Numbered from the stretch's first letter, positions 36,568 through 51,674 are shown. The stretch is 64,000 nucleotides of DNA from Tubiluchus corallicola (GCA_030141605.1 JAQGDQ010000367.1:1-64000); one strand, 5' to 3'. Made by a program: numbers and translations. Notes: generated from the letters alone by a model not told the origin.

Positions 36568-39019
36568 CTCCAGCCCGGAGAAAACTGACGGTAGTAAGCA
36601 GCGTCTTCAGTATTCTAGGACGGCACTGGCAAAATTATGTCAAGGAAATGCAGGCTTAGTTTGTCAAGACAGACATTCAGTTTTCTTATTGCAATCATGA
36701 TTTTAACGTACGGCTTACCAAGAATTCATACACGTGTATTAGCCTACTCGTGATTTGGTACATTTTTGATTTGCTCATTATTTTGCTCTTGGAAACTTCA
36801 CATCAACAAAATTCTCTTTTTGTTTCACGTCCGTTGAATTTATGCACGCCCACTACTTTTCGTGTCTAATCCGACCAAAGCTGCACTGCAAATTTATTCA
36901 AACTAGTTGGAAAAGCTCTTGGTTGAAGCCAGCAGCTGTTGCTACAATGCGCGTAGGCTTCTCGGCTATGTTCCACCGACTATGTATGTGCCGTATTTTG
37001 ACAGCAAATATCCCAGAATTTCTGGGATTTGACTTGAGCACTGTGTTGTCAATCAAGGCAATTGCTTCTTGTCACATTAAATGGTCGCGCAGAGTAGTTA
37101 GCAAACAAGTTACGCAGCTCAGCATCTTTATGTCATAGAAAGTATTTCTTTGAACGCGAGACTATGTAGGACTGAGAAATACAATCATTGAAGACCAATT
37201 TGTCCTTACAAACCGTCTAATGAAAAACAGGCAATAGGCGGAGCCTTTAAAAGACAGGCAAGTCCCCCAACATGCTCCCAAAATACAGCTGTTCCTTCCT
37301 CAACACAGTTGGTCACTTTCACACAATAATACCAGCTATCCTGTCGGTGCTTATTCTCCCAATATCAGTAGTCCTATTTGTTCTTATTTATAATTTTGTT
37401 ATCGCCATGTGATATCATTCGTTCTGAAGCACTTGCCTGCCCCTATTTGCCCTTATCTACCCCTGTTAGTCTGTTAATATACAAGAATAACAGTGCTGCT
37501 TTAACACTTCTGCTTTCGATATCACTGCTTGTGATTGCTCCGCCCAGTTTGTCACATTACGGCAACTGTCGCATTAACGCCAGTGTTCCTGTTTAAATTT
37601 TATGCTTTTAATATCGCTCCCGTTGCTGTAAGTGTTCTTGTCTGTTCTTATTAAAACGGCAATCTTTGCACAAGTATAAATGCTACCACAACGTGCTGCT
37701 AATGTCACTGCTCGTGTCTGCACTTATCAGCCTATCGCTTTAACCTTGTGCTTCTTCACTAACACTTCTGTTCCTGACTGCTACTCCTATCACTTTGCCA
37801 CCTTCCACAAAATGTCAGGGCTCCTGCCTTTAATGCTGCCTGTAAATTTGCTCCCGATGTAAATTCTTCTGTCATTTCTTATCAGTTTGTTACCTCAGAC
37901 ATTGTACCAAGCAGATTAGTTTGTCCCTAAATCCCTCCCTGTGTCATAAGACTATAATATCTAAGCGTTTACATCTTGAAAAACATGTCATTCAATCGCG
38001 TCTTTTTCGCATTCATGTGCGCACTCTTGTATGGAACTAGACGACTTGTAATCTAAGCTCACCATTACTATAAACAACCCAATCCAATGTGGCTGGCTTC
38101 GTGAAATAAATCACGCGGATCATGCAAATCCGCACTGCACGGTTTGAAGCAGTTTGAAACAATGCCAGCTTAGTCCTCGCTACAAGTCACAACGTAATGC
38201 CATAGCTTTCACGACTTTTCTTTACGTTTTTATCTATAGCGATCTCTTCAGGGATTTTTGCAAATTGTCAGCATTTTTTCATTCTGTCGCCTCACTTATC
38301 TACAGTTGAGAAAGAAGACGCATTTCTATACCATATATACGTCTTAACTACTCTTTTAGTTTCTATCATCGCCACCTATGATCGTCATTGTGTAACGTCC
38401 AGCGACCATTCAGAGACGTAAAGGTTCCCTGGACACTTACGATAAAATTTGCTTTCCTGACACAGTGAAAAATGCGAATTGTGACTTGAAAGTTGAAAGA
38501 TAAATTTAAAGAAGAGAAACTTACGCTGTGTGTCGTAAATGTAACGAAGATAAAAACGTCGTAAGTTTGCCACAAAAGTCGTATGAAGAGATTTTTTTTG
38601 AAATTTTTACTTAATCAATCGACAGGACTGACCAATCGAACACCTATTCAGCTAAAGAATTACTGAATTACTCTCGTAGTCATCAACGCCACTAATCTCA
38701 GTACAATGAGATAAGCATTTATGCTGCAGGTACAGCTGCTGTGTAATGCTATTGGTGCTGCCATAGCAACCCTCGTGCCCATCATATTTGAGTATTGTGT
38801 GAATCCCAACTTTGTCTTCAAACTGAATCTAATTGAAGTGTTACAGACAATTTATTTGTAGCAACCTTAAGGAGTTGCTTCTAATCTTAAGAGAGGCTAA
38901 TGGTGAAGCCACGAAAGGCGGCAACGATCATTAATAATTAGTATCAAGACGATCATTAAATCGATAATGTATAGTTTGACCCGTGTCTTTGCTTCCACGC
39001 ATTCTCTTCTCCACCGCCT

Positions 39020-39022
<3 letters not shown>

Positions 39023-39056
<34 letters not shown>

Positions 39057-39204
39057 TCTCTCCCTCTCGCCTTTTCCCACTCCTCCCCATCTCTCTTTCT
39101 TTCTCTTCCTCTCCCAGTCCTCCCCTACTCTCTCCCCCTCCCCCCTCTCTCTCTCCCTCCCTCCCTTCCACTCCTCTCTCCCCCTCCCTCCCTCTCTCCC
39201 ATTC

Positions 39205-39245
<41 letters not shown>

Positions 39246-39309
39246 TCCCTCACTCCCTCCCTCCCAATCCTCTCCCTCCCATTCTTCTCTCTTTCTTTCT
39301 CGCTCTCTC
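39023..39309. repeat. CT-rich polypyrimidine microsatellite
   Basis: Direct reading. Confidence 0.92.
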
Positions 39310-40870
39310 AGACACACCCACCTAGTTATCACTCCTGTAACTATAACGATTCGAGAAACACTAAGCCTCAATATCTCCTTCTGCATGACAGAATCTTATA
39401 ATTAATTATTACTAGTTTCTTTATTGTTTTCGAAATGGCTTCTTATATTACACTTTAGACTGTATAGCCATTTCCATTCGTGCTAGCTTTAACAGAATCA
39501 ATACGGTCATGCTGCAGACGTGTACATACTTGGACACTAGTCTCTAGGGACGCATGGCAAGTCAACTCTTCAGAGTGGACGAAAATAGCAAAGGTAAACA
39601 GTGGATTATTGAATAAACGTCCAAGCACGTGCGACTAGAATATTTCATTGTATAGTATGAGCCTGTAATAAATTGTCAGACGAATAGCTTATTGATTGGT
39701 TGGGTAAAATTGCAGCGACTTGAGCCAAGTTTAATTAAATATTTGGCATAAGTGATTGCCATCTGCGGTACAACATGACCTTCAAAAGAAGACCATTAAA
39801 TAAAAGAATTATGATTACTAAACATTACGAAGAAACGGCTATCCTACATGAGACAGTCGAAACCCTACATCAAACAGCGGCTGTTGTCATTCAAAAATGT
39901 CATAAATTGTTTACAAAGAGGAACGACAGGGGTCGACAGCTCTCAAATAATAATAACTTGTAAACACGATGCAATAAGACTCATATTTATAGCTAATCAA
40001 TATTTCTTGTTACAACAGTAGATACGCAATGATTAATTCGCGGCGTTGCTTCATGACTTCCAACCTGCAATCAACCACACTCATGATTTACCAAAAAGTT
40101 AAAATTGTTAATTCACATAATATCTTGCAAATTTTACAACGGGTTTAGTAATGATCAACGTGAATTTTCTGCTTCTTCAACCAAAATAATTATAACGTCA
40201 TATATTACATGATTATCGTAGACAATTTAAATTGCCTTTTTCGTGAAACTTGGCAATAATGTTCTGTATGCACACGCTTCTGTTCAAGTGCATTTCTAGT
40301 CAAATAAGTTACGTTACGCTTCACAGTCAAATGATTTACTGACCGCTGTATCAAAAGTTCCCTTGAAAAATTCTCAGTTTATAATATTAATGAATGTGTA
40401 CTGAACTAAGCAATTTAAATAAAGTAAATCCAGTTGTTATCCTATATGTGTTTCCTGCAGGGTTGTACTAAGTCTAAAATACCACTCTTCCCATTCCATA
40501 CCTTCACCCCTCTTTGTCTCAACCGTCACAGACATCACTCCCGGTGTGTGCTGAGCTGAAACTCTGCACTAATGAAACTAGAAGATTAAGTTTTAAAGAG
40601 AAAAGCCAAGTCTTACATCAAGTTGCGCTATTGTAATCCGCTGTAGCTTAATGCTTCTGTCAGACGCTGAGCCCAGTTTATTGCTTTTCTTGTTAAATAA
40701 TTGAGTAAAATTTATGTTGTGTAACATATGGCTCAACCAAAAATCTATGACGTCAATGACGAGAAGTAGATGATTCGTGTTTGATGTACTCCGCAACGTT
40801 GCACACAGTTTTTTGCAGTAGGTTCATGCTAGCTAATAAAACGTATATAGTAACGGTTTTACTCCTGAAC

Positions 40871-41085
40871 AGCAAGACGACAGCGCCAGCAGCAACAACA
40901 CCAAAAACACCGATACCAACAATTGAATGAACTTCTGGCAGCAGTAACAACAACAGGAACAACGGCAAAGACAGTAATGGTATGATATGACAATGACAGA
41001 CAATAACGATGACACCAGAGATAACGACGACAACAACAACAACGACAATAACAGAAGCAGCAGTAATCCAACAAAAACAATAACA
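40871..41085. repeat. Degenerate (AAC/GAC/AGC) low-complexity tract
   Basis: Direct reading. Confidence 0.8.
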
Positions 41086-41106
41086 ATTTGTACTTTAGGG
41101 ACGAAG

Positions 41107-41198
41107 GTATAGCTGAATGACAAATTGAGTGTATTTAGCAACCGAACTTAAGCAACACTGAATCTGGTCATTCCAAAGAGGGTGACTGACAGACACCA
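41107..41198 (+). mobile_element. Head of the tRNA/5S-like SINE family
   Basis: tagctgaatg...ttagcaaccgaacttaagcaacactgaatctggtca...agggtgac aligns with 2430-2505. Confidence 0.55.
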
Positions 41199-41892
41199 CA
41201 TTTGGACGGCTTCATTTGTCACACGCTATTTAACAATAACACAAAATTTTTAAACATCCAAACGTTGATAAAATATCTCTGCCGATCTTGTATCTAATCC
41301 GAGACGCTTATCCTTGATAATTAGTTATCTTTCGGTCCCGCCAGAGACTTGTAAAAACAAAGAAAAGATAGTGCCAACAAGAAGAACGTCATCATCACGA
41401 ATTTACGTCAGTCATACCAATAAGTTATATGATGCATCTACATCCCTTCTTTAGTTTATTAGAAGCTGGAACTACACTGCATCCACTGTTCAGTAAATGG
41501 CTTCATCGTTCAGTGGTTTCCCTGAAATGTTTGCTGTACTACAGCTGCTCTTTCTCATCCGAAACTTGATCTTCCCACCACAGTGCTCCTCGATCTCAGC
41601 GCAGAAGAATAGTGGCAGGAAAGTTCTTATATCAGCCATCATCGATCTGAAGCATTTCTGTACAAAACATTCAACGGGATTGCCATCAATAGATCTTATA
41701 TCAAGCAAAATGCGTTCTAATGTGTTCACATTAGAACGCATTAAAGGCATTGGTGGTGGCGCGTCCGCTATTGCATTTCAAGAACTGTTGCAAAAGTCAA
41801 GGTTCAGATGTTGCACAGCGAGGCATCGGGAAGCAAACACTTAGTGCAGGAGCACAGCTAGAATGTACTATCTGTCATTGTACGGATCTATA

Positions 41893-42305
41893 CGAGGGCG
41901 TATTAACTAACAGGCTAACTATGCTATAGCCTAGTGTGTCAAAGTTTGAGGGGCGTCACATTATAGAAAAAATACTTATTCTCCTCGGAAAAATGTGTAT
42001 ACTTTTATATTCGTATAAAGGGGGCTTTTTATAACACACCACTTCTCAGCTTCTATATAAGTACTACATAACCAACAGGTGCAAGGTATTACACAACAAG
42101 CAGTTGAGCAGCTTGGTTGAATATAAGCGCTATGCAAATACATGTTAGTAATACTGAACACGTAGCAACTAGGTTAATAGTGTTTCTAATACACCACAAG
42201 TAATTGTTTGACTTGCTCATTACATAAATAACCATAAATTCACAATAGAGATGGACGGGACAAAACGAGCAGCCTGGGGCATCGTAAAGTCTTGATACGC
42301 CCCTG
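41893..42305. mobile_element. hAT-type MITE (413 bp)
   Basis: Imperfect TIR cgagggcgtat...gatacgcccctg; perfect 8-bp TSD gatctata (41885-41892 and 42306-42313). Confidence 0.85.
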
Positions 42306-42864
42306 GATCTATAGCTTGTATTTTAAAGCATAGTTAACCTGTATACTTGCAAAAACTTTATGAAACGACGCCAATCATAAGGTGGGTAATTTAGTGTTAA
42401 TTCAAAAAAATTACATCTAAAAGTCTAATGTTCACATATCTAAGAGTCATGAAACCACTGTCAGGTTCAATTTTTGTTACTATTACACAGGAAGACACGG
42501 AATCATTTACGCCTACAGCACATGAGCGATTTTCGCCGCATGCGATTTTTACTCGCGACGTCTGTATTATTCAGTATTCTGCAGTATTCAGTGAATAGAG
42601 TCACAAGAACTTTTTATTGTGATTTATTTGAATATGTTAACAATATGTAACAACAGTAAAAATAACGTTAGCTTTTTACTTTTTCCATTTCTTTTTAGAC
42701 TTATTCTTTAATAAATTATAAAAAATGTTATCAATTCAATGAAAATTTAAGGCTTAAAACTTTTTACGTACGGCATGCAAGCCTTTTTAGTGTTGGTATC
42801 TTCCCAGAGTTTTTTTCATTTTTAGCACTTCCTAGGAACACTTCGCACATCGAACAATTATGCT

Positions 42865-43043
42865 ATATTTCAGTGTATTCAAGATTTGATTGTTTGCATT
42901 AAGCGTTTTTGAAATTGATAGTTCTTAATTAATTTTCTGAGACAATTTTTTAACTATTAACTTTTCACATTGTATATGCTGCATATCAATTATAATGCAC
43001 TGTTTGATTCAAGCCAAATAAAACTGTATACAATAAATAAATA
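42865..43043 (+). mobile_element. Very short 3' remnant of a CR1-group LINE
   Basis: ttcaagattt...aagcgtttttgaaa.tgatagtt..taatt...tctgagacaat is shared with 45030-45145; ends in aataaataaataa. Confidence 0.65.
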
Positions 43044-43143
43044 ACTATTTCTGTTGGTACTTAGAAAGACCTACTACTAAGTATGTTTCGTTATCATTTC
43101 TAGATTGCTGTCTCTTGTATTAATTTCAGTGATTTATGGCTTA

Positions 43144-43322
<179 letters not shown>

Positions 43323-43341
43323 TTGGAAAGGCATAATTCAT

Positions 43342-43519
43342 TGGAAACAAGAGGAGGAACTGACCTACACGGGAAACAAGAGGAGGAACAGAACTACACG
43401 GGAAACAAGAGGAGGAACAGAACTACACGGGAAACAAGAGAAGGAACAGAACTACACGGGAAACAAGAGGAGGAACAGAACTACACAGGAAACAAGAGGA
43501 GGAACAGAACTCCACGGGA
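43342..43519. repeat. 29-bp minisatellite (gggaaacaagaggaggaacagaactacac), ~6 copies
   Basis: Direct reading. Confidence 0.95.
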
Positions 43520-44422
43520 ACGGTTACGAGTTCACTGGAGGTTCTTTCTTTTGGAAGCTACAGCGACGCATTGTACGTTGCTTTGACGTCATCCATTTTA
43601 AGTACCTATAACTTGTTCAGTTACTAAAAGCTGCAGGGTTTTGCGTTAACGGTAACATCTAAGCTGAAGGATAAGAAACGCACACTACGTAGGACGTTTG
43701 CGCATTAATGATTATAAGTGTATTTATGATCAAAATCTTTGCGGCGCCTTGGCTAGTCTTTTATTAATTTATCAGTTTAAACTTTTTTATTGATCCTAGT
43801 GTGTTTTATTCAAATTCAGCAAAGCATGGTATAAGAATTCACTGCTAATGATTACAGTAATAATACTGCATTCGTGTAACGCAATTCACCAAATTTATCG
43901 AACAGGTTAAGTGCAGTATTGTGTTTTCTCTGTGCGGTACCAAAATACTCTTAGTAAGCACTTAAAATAGCCTACTTAATTTCATAAAAAATCAAAAATA
44001 TGAAAGAGAAACGAGCAGCTACAGGAACTATAGCAGAAATAACCAACCCTCGAACAACATTTATTGTATTTTAATGTACAATTAAAAATATTGAAATCAC
44101 AATACAAAATATGCGCATAAAATACTTTGCTTAAAATTGTAAACGAAAAATAAATATTTCTTATCTCCCGCCAAACGAACGTTGGTGTCTGCTGGGCAAG
44201 TTCAGTGAAGGCACGCGTTCTAAAATTTCTACAGTTTGCTTAGAAGTTCCGTTATTCTAATGTTGTGTTAAACTGTGTTTATCTAGAAATTAATCATTCG
44301 ATCAATTATGATCAAATTTAAATTGGTTACATTGCTTTAATCTACAAGATTACACATTAAAATGTGTAAGTAATTAACATTAAAATTGTATAAATAATTA
44401 ATTTACAGGTTTGTGTTGACTT

Positions 44423-44575
44423 TAAGTCACAGGAACAAAAAGGCACAGGAAAAAAGGAATAAACCTAACCCTAACCCTAACCAAAATTAATTGCGGATTT
44501 TTCCCGTGACTTTTTTTACCAAATTTGTGACTTTTTTCTGTGACTTCTTTCCTGTGACTTTACTACCAGTCACAA
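44423..44575. mobile_element. Small inverted-repeat element (gtcacagg / cctgtgac repeats around cctaaccctaaccctaacc)
   Basis: Inverted short repeats flank a CCTAAC tract, an arrangement common in Helentron-associated non-autonomous elements. Class is inferred only. Confidence 0.45.
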
Positions 44576-44879
44576 AACAAATAAACATTTGCAGCGGAAA
44601 AATTCTCATGATGACGTATCCTACAAACATGCCGCCTGCATTTATACGTTTACGTTGATTGAGAAGAAAGAATAGTTGCATAATTGAAGCTCACATGCGT
44701 CAATACTATTGATAAGATGAGAGAGAGAGTTTTGCATAAATAATAAACTCTCTAATTGTCGTTTACAGAACCTGCAACATCGAGCCGCGGCTAAAGATTT
44801 ATAAGCTGTTTTAGCTGGCATGCACTGGAAACACCAATTCTTGATATGATTTTGATATGAATACAGAATAAAAAGAATA

Positions 44880-45300
44880 TGTTTATACTGATGCTTTCAA
44901 AATCAAGGACATATTGTCCTCTCATAATATCAACATTTATGAATTGTCAAGTAACGATATTACAAATCTTCTTCTTTATGGGAACGCAAGCTTAAGCTAC
45001 GAAATGAATTGCTTAATATTTCAAGTGTCTTCAAGATTTTATTACTTGCACAAAGCGTTTTTGAAACTGATAGTTTTTAATTGATCTTCTGAGACAATGT
45101 TTTATTTTTTAACTATTAATTTTTCGTATTATATATTCTGCATATACTATATTATGACCCAGTCTGTATTGTGCAGTCATGTTTTGTTATTTACAATGGT
45201 ATGTTACTATAGGCCTACTAATCGATGTCAATTAACAATGTAAATCTTGCACGTTATTTTTGTATTGTATATTGGGGAGAATCTCTGTATCTGTTATAAA
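44880..45300 (+). mobile_element. Degenerate 3' end of a CR1-group LINE
   Basis: Translates ...NDITNLLLYGNASLSYEMNCLIF/ LQDFITCTKRF*; LL.G.....N..IF...FI..TKRF is a typical CR1-group ORF2 C-terminus. Boundaries approximate. Confidence 0.75.
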
Positions 45301-47512
45301 TAACCCCTTCAGTGATTTTTGACATGTGCCTTTACAAATCATTGCTCTTCTTTCTCTCCTTTTATTTTTAATGAACACGAGCAAGATAAACTAGTCCTCG
45401 ACTAAGCTCTCTTTTTCTCGACCTTCTTCCCTCTTCCTCTTTCTCTTGCTCGTCCTCCTACCTCCGTCCTTCTCTCTCCCTCCGTCCCTCCTCTCTAGTT
45501 CTCTCTCTTTCTCTTTCCCTCTCTCTTTCTATCTCTCTCCCTCCCTCCCCTCTCTCTCCTCCTCTTTCTCTCTTTCACTTGTCTCTATCTCTTCCTGTTC
45601 CATACCGTCCAGCCCAGTCTAGTCCCGTCCCTTGCCATATCCTATGCCATACGGACGAAATAAGAAATTCCTTGTTCGTGGCTTAATATGCCGCCACAGT
45701 ATTGATGGAAAATGCCAGTTAACTGACACTGGATCATGATTGCTTATTATAGCAGTAAAACTGAATGTACGTGAAACTAGAAAATAGTTTGAAAGAATAG
45801 GCTCTGTGAATGGTTTGAAAAAATAGGCTCTATATACTATACGCTCTACAATTAGCAGAAAGTGTTTTCAACACAAATGCCCAAAGGTGACATTATGGTA
45901 ATTTATCCAAGTCGTAGATCGTCATTTTAGCATGTGGTGACTACAACCATCAAGGTTCAACCTTGCTCAGTTCTTTCCTCTTTTTCTTACTTAAGATACA
46001 AGGAAAAAACCTAAAAAGCCTGCTAAGTCTATACTATATTGTTTTATGGTAACAGCTTTACGTACCAATACAAAATCAATTAATTTCACACAGATGCACA
46101 ATGAATAATACAGTATGTTTAAAATACGGACGTGTCGATAACTATAGTCCATTCCTTTACCACTCTTTAGCAATCCCTGTGTTTTGGATAAAGATTGTTT
46201 GAATTGTTCTGAACGATATTCATTTTGCTTTCACTTGGCTTCTCAGCTACAAAACTCAGCCAAAATTTCACAGGCCGACAAGGAACCGCGTCCCTGTTAG
46301 CAAAATTTTGGCGAATCTGTTTATGTGAGACGGTATTTACAAGCGCTACATCGAATCCGCTCTTATTGGTCTACTGGCTATTGAGCCGTAGTTTGCTGGC
46401 TCTACAATTGTTTTCTACTCAGCAGAGGATAAAATCTAAAACAGCTACAGTAGGCATCAGTAACTGGACGCCATTAAACAATAGCGAAGTTTCACCACCC
46501 ACTTCTCTGTCAGGACGGTAACCGCCAAGGAATTTCATGCTCATGGCTCTCGCTCAGCTTAGTGTGTGGATAAATGTCAGAGTTCAGTTACACTGCCAAG
46601 CGCGCAACACGCAACACAACTCGCTCTGGCTTCATGCCTACTAAAGATAAAGAGAGTCGCGCCTGATTTAGGGAAGATATGAAAACGCGATTTCCAATTA
46701 AATTATTTTATCGATTTTTGTTGACATTTTCATTTCGAAATCGTTGCGTGCGCGCTATGGGATTAAAACGATAATCTAAGTTTATTCTGTTAAATTTGTC
46801 CCGTTTGAAGCTGGTTTGCGATTCAAGTGACGTTACAGCATTCGGTCCTTTGGCACTTAAACAAATGCATCACCATTTGTACAATTCGTAGCTGACTGCG
46901 TACATAAAGTCCTAACGGAAAGCACTTTCCGGTAGGCATAATATGAACAAGAACAAAAATACTATTTTTATAAATCTAAATCTCAAAATGATAAACAGGT
47001 TTTGCAAGCAATTTCACAAATCCATTGAACTCTTCGTAAATCGTGCATCTAGGTATCTACAGTCTGCAACATTAAACTATGGTGAAGCTATTGCATTTAC
47101 TAATGATTCCCATTACACTGCAATGTGTACAGGAGCATGGTAGTTGAAAACAATATTGACCAGAGTTTATACTACCCTGGACAATGGTCTGTAAATAGTT
47201 ACTAAATACACAACTAGGAAGGTGAGCAAATAAAGTGGTGCTGAAGACAGAAAAGGTGCAGCAAAAAGCATATAGAAACTGACAGCTATATCGACACGTA
47301 TAGAATAACGGAAGCAGATGCTCTCGATTAATGTTTTAAATTCATAAAAAGTATTGTCCAAAATTGATCGATTTGGCATATTATTACATGTTAGCTACTA
47401 AACAAGTCTTTAAGTTTTTCTGCACTTGAAAACTCTGTGATTCACGTTTTTACTTTGAATTGTGCCAGGAGTTAAATCAGTTAATTAATTATGCAATTAA
47501 TGTTATGTTTAA

Positions 47513-48184
47513 AGGACACGAAAAGGGATGCCTGAAATAGGGTTCAGAAAAATCGCCTTAAAAATATATTACTTTACAGCAATTTTATGCATATATCGTA
47601 CTCGCATTGAAAGGAATTTTTTTTGTCTTTATTTTAATCTTCCTCAATACTGCTCCGAAGTCGCCAATACATGACGTCACTACACAAATATAAATGAGGG
47701 GAAAAAGGGCAATATTAAATTGTCCCAAAAAAGTTTCCATGCAAATCTGTATTACTTAGCATTTGACTTACCTGCTGGCAAGACTTATGTAACTAAAAAA
47801 GAAAATTTTTATTACTATTAAAAATGTTTTCACCAATTGGTAAAATGTCGCTGATTCACCCTCCAGGGTGCACCACTCACTAACCAAAAATGTATTTTTA
47901 ATCTTATTGACAAGATACAGTAATTTAAAATTTTACTCAGTTAGTGACGTGTGCGCTACGAATGCTCTGATTTTTTTCAAAGTTTATACACTGTTATTTA
48001 AACTTGTTTCAAATGACCTGTCGTCAAAATGGCGGCGTCTAACGGTCACCGCGGTATTAAATTTACGTGTTTATACAGCGTTACTGCCGATTGAAGTCCT
48101 GCAAGTCAAAAGGCAGTACGTAAGTGATATAAAATTTCAAGACGAATTTTTAAACTTTATGTTTATGGATGGTTTTCTTGTGCT
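47513..48184 (+). mobile_element. Kolobok-like non-autonomous element, copy C in qvr intron 1
   Basis: ttaa|aggacacgaaaa ... ttttcttgtgct; colinear with copy A. Confidence 0.85.
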
Positions 48185-48919
48185 TTATCTTGAACAGCTA
48201 CTACCCCGCCAAGCTACAAAATACAATTGGTATTTACAGCGCTACGCAAATCGCAATTATTATCACACCGTGTTAACACACGACTCCGTAATGACTTCGT
48301 ATTCTCTTGTCTACGTGCGATAATAATAATCTAAGAGAGGCAACTTGACCCAAATAACCTAATCAACACTTGCAATTAGATGTATTGAGTGAGAGTCGGT
48401 AGTCTCAAGTGATGGATTCGCCGGCTATTGGCACCATTGAATCTTCCTAATTTGCTTGACGAGTAATTGAGTGATACGACAGTTATGGCATACCGAACAT
48501 GTCTTTGACATAACGTACTTACGCGAATGTTGATTTTTCTTCTGGCACAGTGTAGAAAGTGAAGTTAGCTTGGCGTTTCGTTGTTTAGTGTTTGTGAGTG
48601 GAAGAAGAAGGTCTAACTTTCTCTAGCTGAGCTCACTGATGGGATACCGCAAGGCGGCTCGTTAACCTCACCATTGTTTACCATTTAATCCAATGATATG
48701 CAACTATTTAATAGTGACGACAGTGTATTAAGGATCCCAAAGAGATCAGGTGACTGTAAAGCAATGGATATTACGAAATTGCAGCAGAAGAGAATGCCTA
48801 TCTGTTTTGTTGATCTCAGCCTTTTGTTTAAATGGCTGAAAAACCATATAGTAATAGTTTTTTTTCTTAAACACGAACATTAAAAACGAACGTGCTACAT
48901 GATTTAAGAGTACATTTAA

Positions 48920-48950
<31 letters not shown>

Positions 48951-49440
48951 CATATTATTGTCATCATTACGTTAGCTTTTAACAATTTTGTTTATATTAC
49001 CACCATTGTTATAGAGAACATCTTTCAAAACTTATTTCTTCTAAACGTTTAGTTATTTTCAGTTTTTTTAAATTAACTATCTAATTGAAACTTTTTATCA
49101 AAGAATAAATTCCATAAACAATCGCATTCATAAAAGTCACACACATATGCAGTGCAATAAAAGCACTTACACATGCCGAAAATATAATTGTTACACAGCA
49201 ATAAAAACTTTAAGCCTTAAAGGTTTTGCACATATTTTTCACTAGGTCTACCAATTTGCTCACCCCCTGTCATATGTCACTAAACCTACACTTAGTTCTA
49301 AGGAGCGACTCTTCGTGTATGCTGTTACAGGTTTGCTCCGTACGGGGATTGAGTAATTCTACATAACTTCATTGAATTTACTGAATGAACTCTTGGGAAC
49401 TGTCAACTGATCTAATAATCACTAATCACGTATGTTTTAT

Positions 49441-49471
<31 letters not shown>

Positions 49472-50662
49472 TTGTTTCTGTGGTATAGCCGAATTACATG
49501 CATATCATGTAATGCACCTGAGAATGGGATAGCGATTACAATTTTGAGTACGTCTACCTTGACAAAGACACGGCAGTTTAAAATATTAATAAGCAAGAAG
49601 AATGTGTAGGTCAACGTGTATATTACTAAATAATTCATACAATCCTACATATAACTTACGCATGATTAATGCTTTTTTGTCTATACTTAATGTCACCGTA
49701 GCAGACAGAGGGAATAAGTGAGAGCAATTATTGTCAAACCAATACCTACTAATTGCAAGATACCGTAATTTTGCGCTAAGCATCGCACTAAGCGTTGTTC
49801 TTGTGAGTATTGCGATTACATTTTAACTATAGTTTAACAATTCACTAACAATGCAAATGCGACTGGATGCGGCTGGCCTTTAAAATTTGTAATTCCGTCA
49901 ATAAGCTTTTTCCCATTTCTAGACGGGTAATGAAAAGCCAATATACCGCGTTAGACCAGTCCTGCGAATAGCTCAACAGGGATTTCCAGCGGAACTATTA
50001 CAACAAGTGCTTTAAGTTTTTGTAACTGGGCTTCCTGATCCAATGTACCTTGTATTTCACAAGCGAATGACACTACTGACAAATCAATTCTTGAGTGCTG
50101 CACCAGGCCTAAAGCAGAAGAGCCTTTTGCAACAGGATAACAGTCCTGCTTGTTTATCAGATGGGCAGAAATATTTGACTTAATCTAATTCAACAACTTG
50201 AGACATTCTATCACCTCTGCACCTTAATAACAATAAAAATAGACCGCTTACGAAATTTTAAATTGATCTACTTAAAAAAATTCACATTCAAATTTTTACA
50301 TTTATTAATAATTTTAATATAATTTTAAATGATATTAAAATATAACTGAAAATTTTAATTAGACAGCTTAAATTTCATATTCATCTTTCAAACTGTCTGT
50401 TTTTATAGCCATTAATGCAATTTGACTTGACTTTTGTGGCCTTGCTTGGCTTGGCATAGTTTACTTTAATTTGTTTAAATTTGATTTGCAGCAGCCATGC
50501 ATAATCTGTGAAAAACAACTCATTTTGGTTTTAGATGAAGCCGCAAATGACAAGATGAAAACAATAAAGAAAAATAAAGCGCTAAAATTCTTAGGTAACA
50601 GAACGATTCAGGCGCCCATCCTGTAGGCCCAGTCGTAGCAGTTTTAAGTAACAATACCTTAC

Positions 50663-50681
50663 CAATTATGAAAAAGAACAT
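50663..50681 (-). CDS. qvr: Possible alternative start exon of quiver (MFFFII, within a 79-nt exon 50741-50663)
   Basis: Acceptor tttcttcag, donor ttg|gtaagg. The phase-1 join gives MFFFIIASLPLLVA-QDEI, a compact signal peptide. Short, so it could be chance. Confidence 0.3.
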
Positions 50682-51361
50682 TCGGTAATAAGAAGGATTA
50701 GCATTCTTTTATTACAATGAGCTTTAAAGCACAGAGGGTAACTGAAGAAACAAAGATGCTCCATTCCTCCATTTTCGTTCAAGCCCACTTGTCAAAATAT
50801 CCACCTCTACAAAACGTTCCGCCTCACCTCACAAGGTATACATGAATCGATATTAAACATAATGGAGCTGTTTTGCAATGCTTTCAGCAATATGAACTCC
50901 ATAACAATTCCATAAGCTACACCACTATTATACACCTAAACGAAACGGTTTTGTGCGCATTTTATGTTCTTTGAGTTTCTGTCGACGTTCGTGAGGGAAA
51001 ATGAATGTCAAAACCCCATCAAACAGCCAGGCACGCACACGTCAATGACATTTAGAAATGGTATAAAATACTTACAGTCAAGCACAGTAGAATCTTTCTT
51101 AAACCTACTACGTTTACTTCTGGGACTAGATCAAGGCAGCAGAAATACAATTTTGTCTTCATTTGCGGGGAATAGTGACGCCAACTTGTGAAATTTCTGA
51201 TTTGCAAAGTCTTGCAAATGTCGAGCTTCCATATTACAGTACAAAAGCCATGAAATATATACTTCTACTCTGTACTGTGCAGGTCATTTGGCTTGTAAAA
51301 ATTGTATATCGGCTGGTGTCACGATATTCTGCATTATTTATCATTTATTCCTCCTCGCCGT

Positions 51362-51583
<222 letters not shown>

Positions 51584-51674
51584 ACATTTCTGTATTTTTA
51601 CACTCTTCATATGCGTCTCACACATCTTTTTCTTTTTTCCGTTCAACCTGTCGCTAATGTCACAAGTGATTATT

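Noticed and set aside
41490-41844. Overlapping 86-aa and 115-aa ORFs with slightly higher GC inside qvr intron 1
   Set aside because: No recognisable domain or convincing splice sites; may be a decayed TE or pseudogene fragment. A BLASTX search would be needed.
44462-44483. Interstitial telomere
   Set aside because: Only ~3 CCTAAC units inside a small inverted-repeat element.
47868-48323. 151-aa ORF as a transposase
   Set aside because: Lies in a non-autonomous MITE; no catalytic motifs, and no comparable ORF is listed for the other copies.
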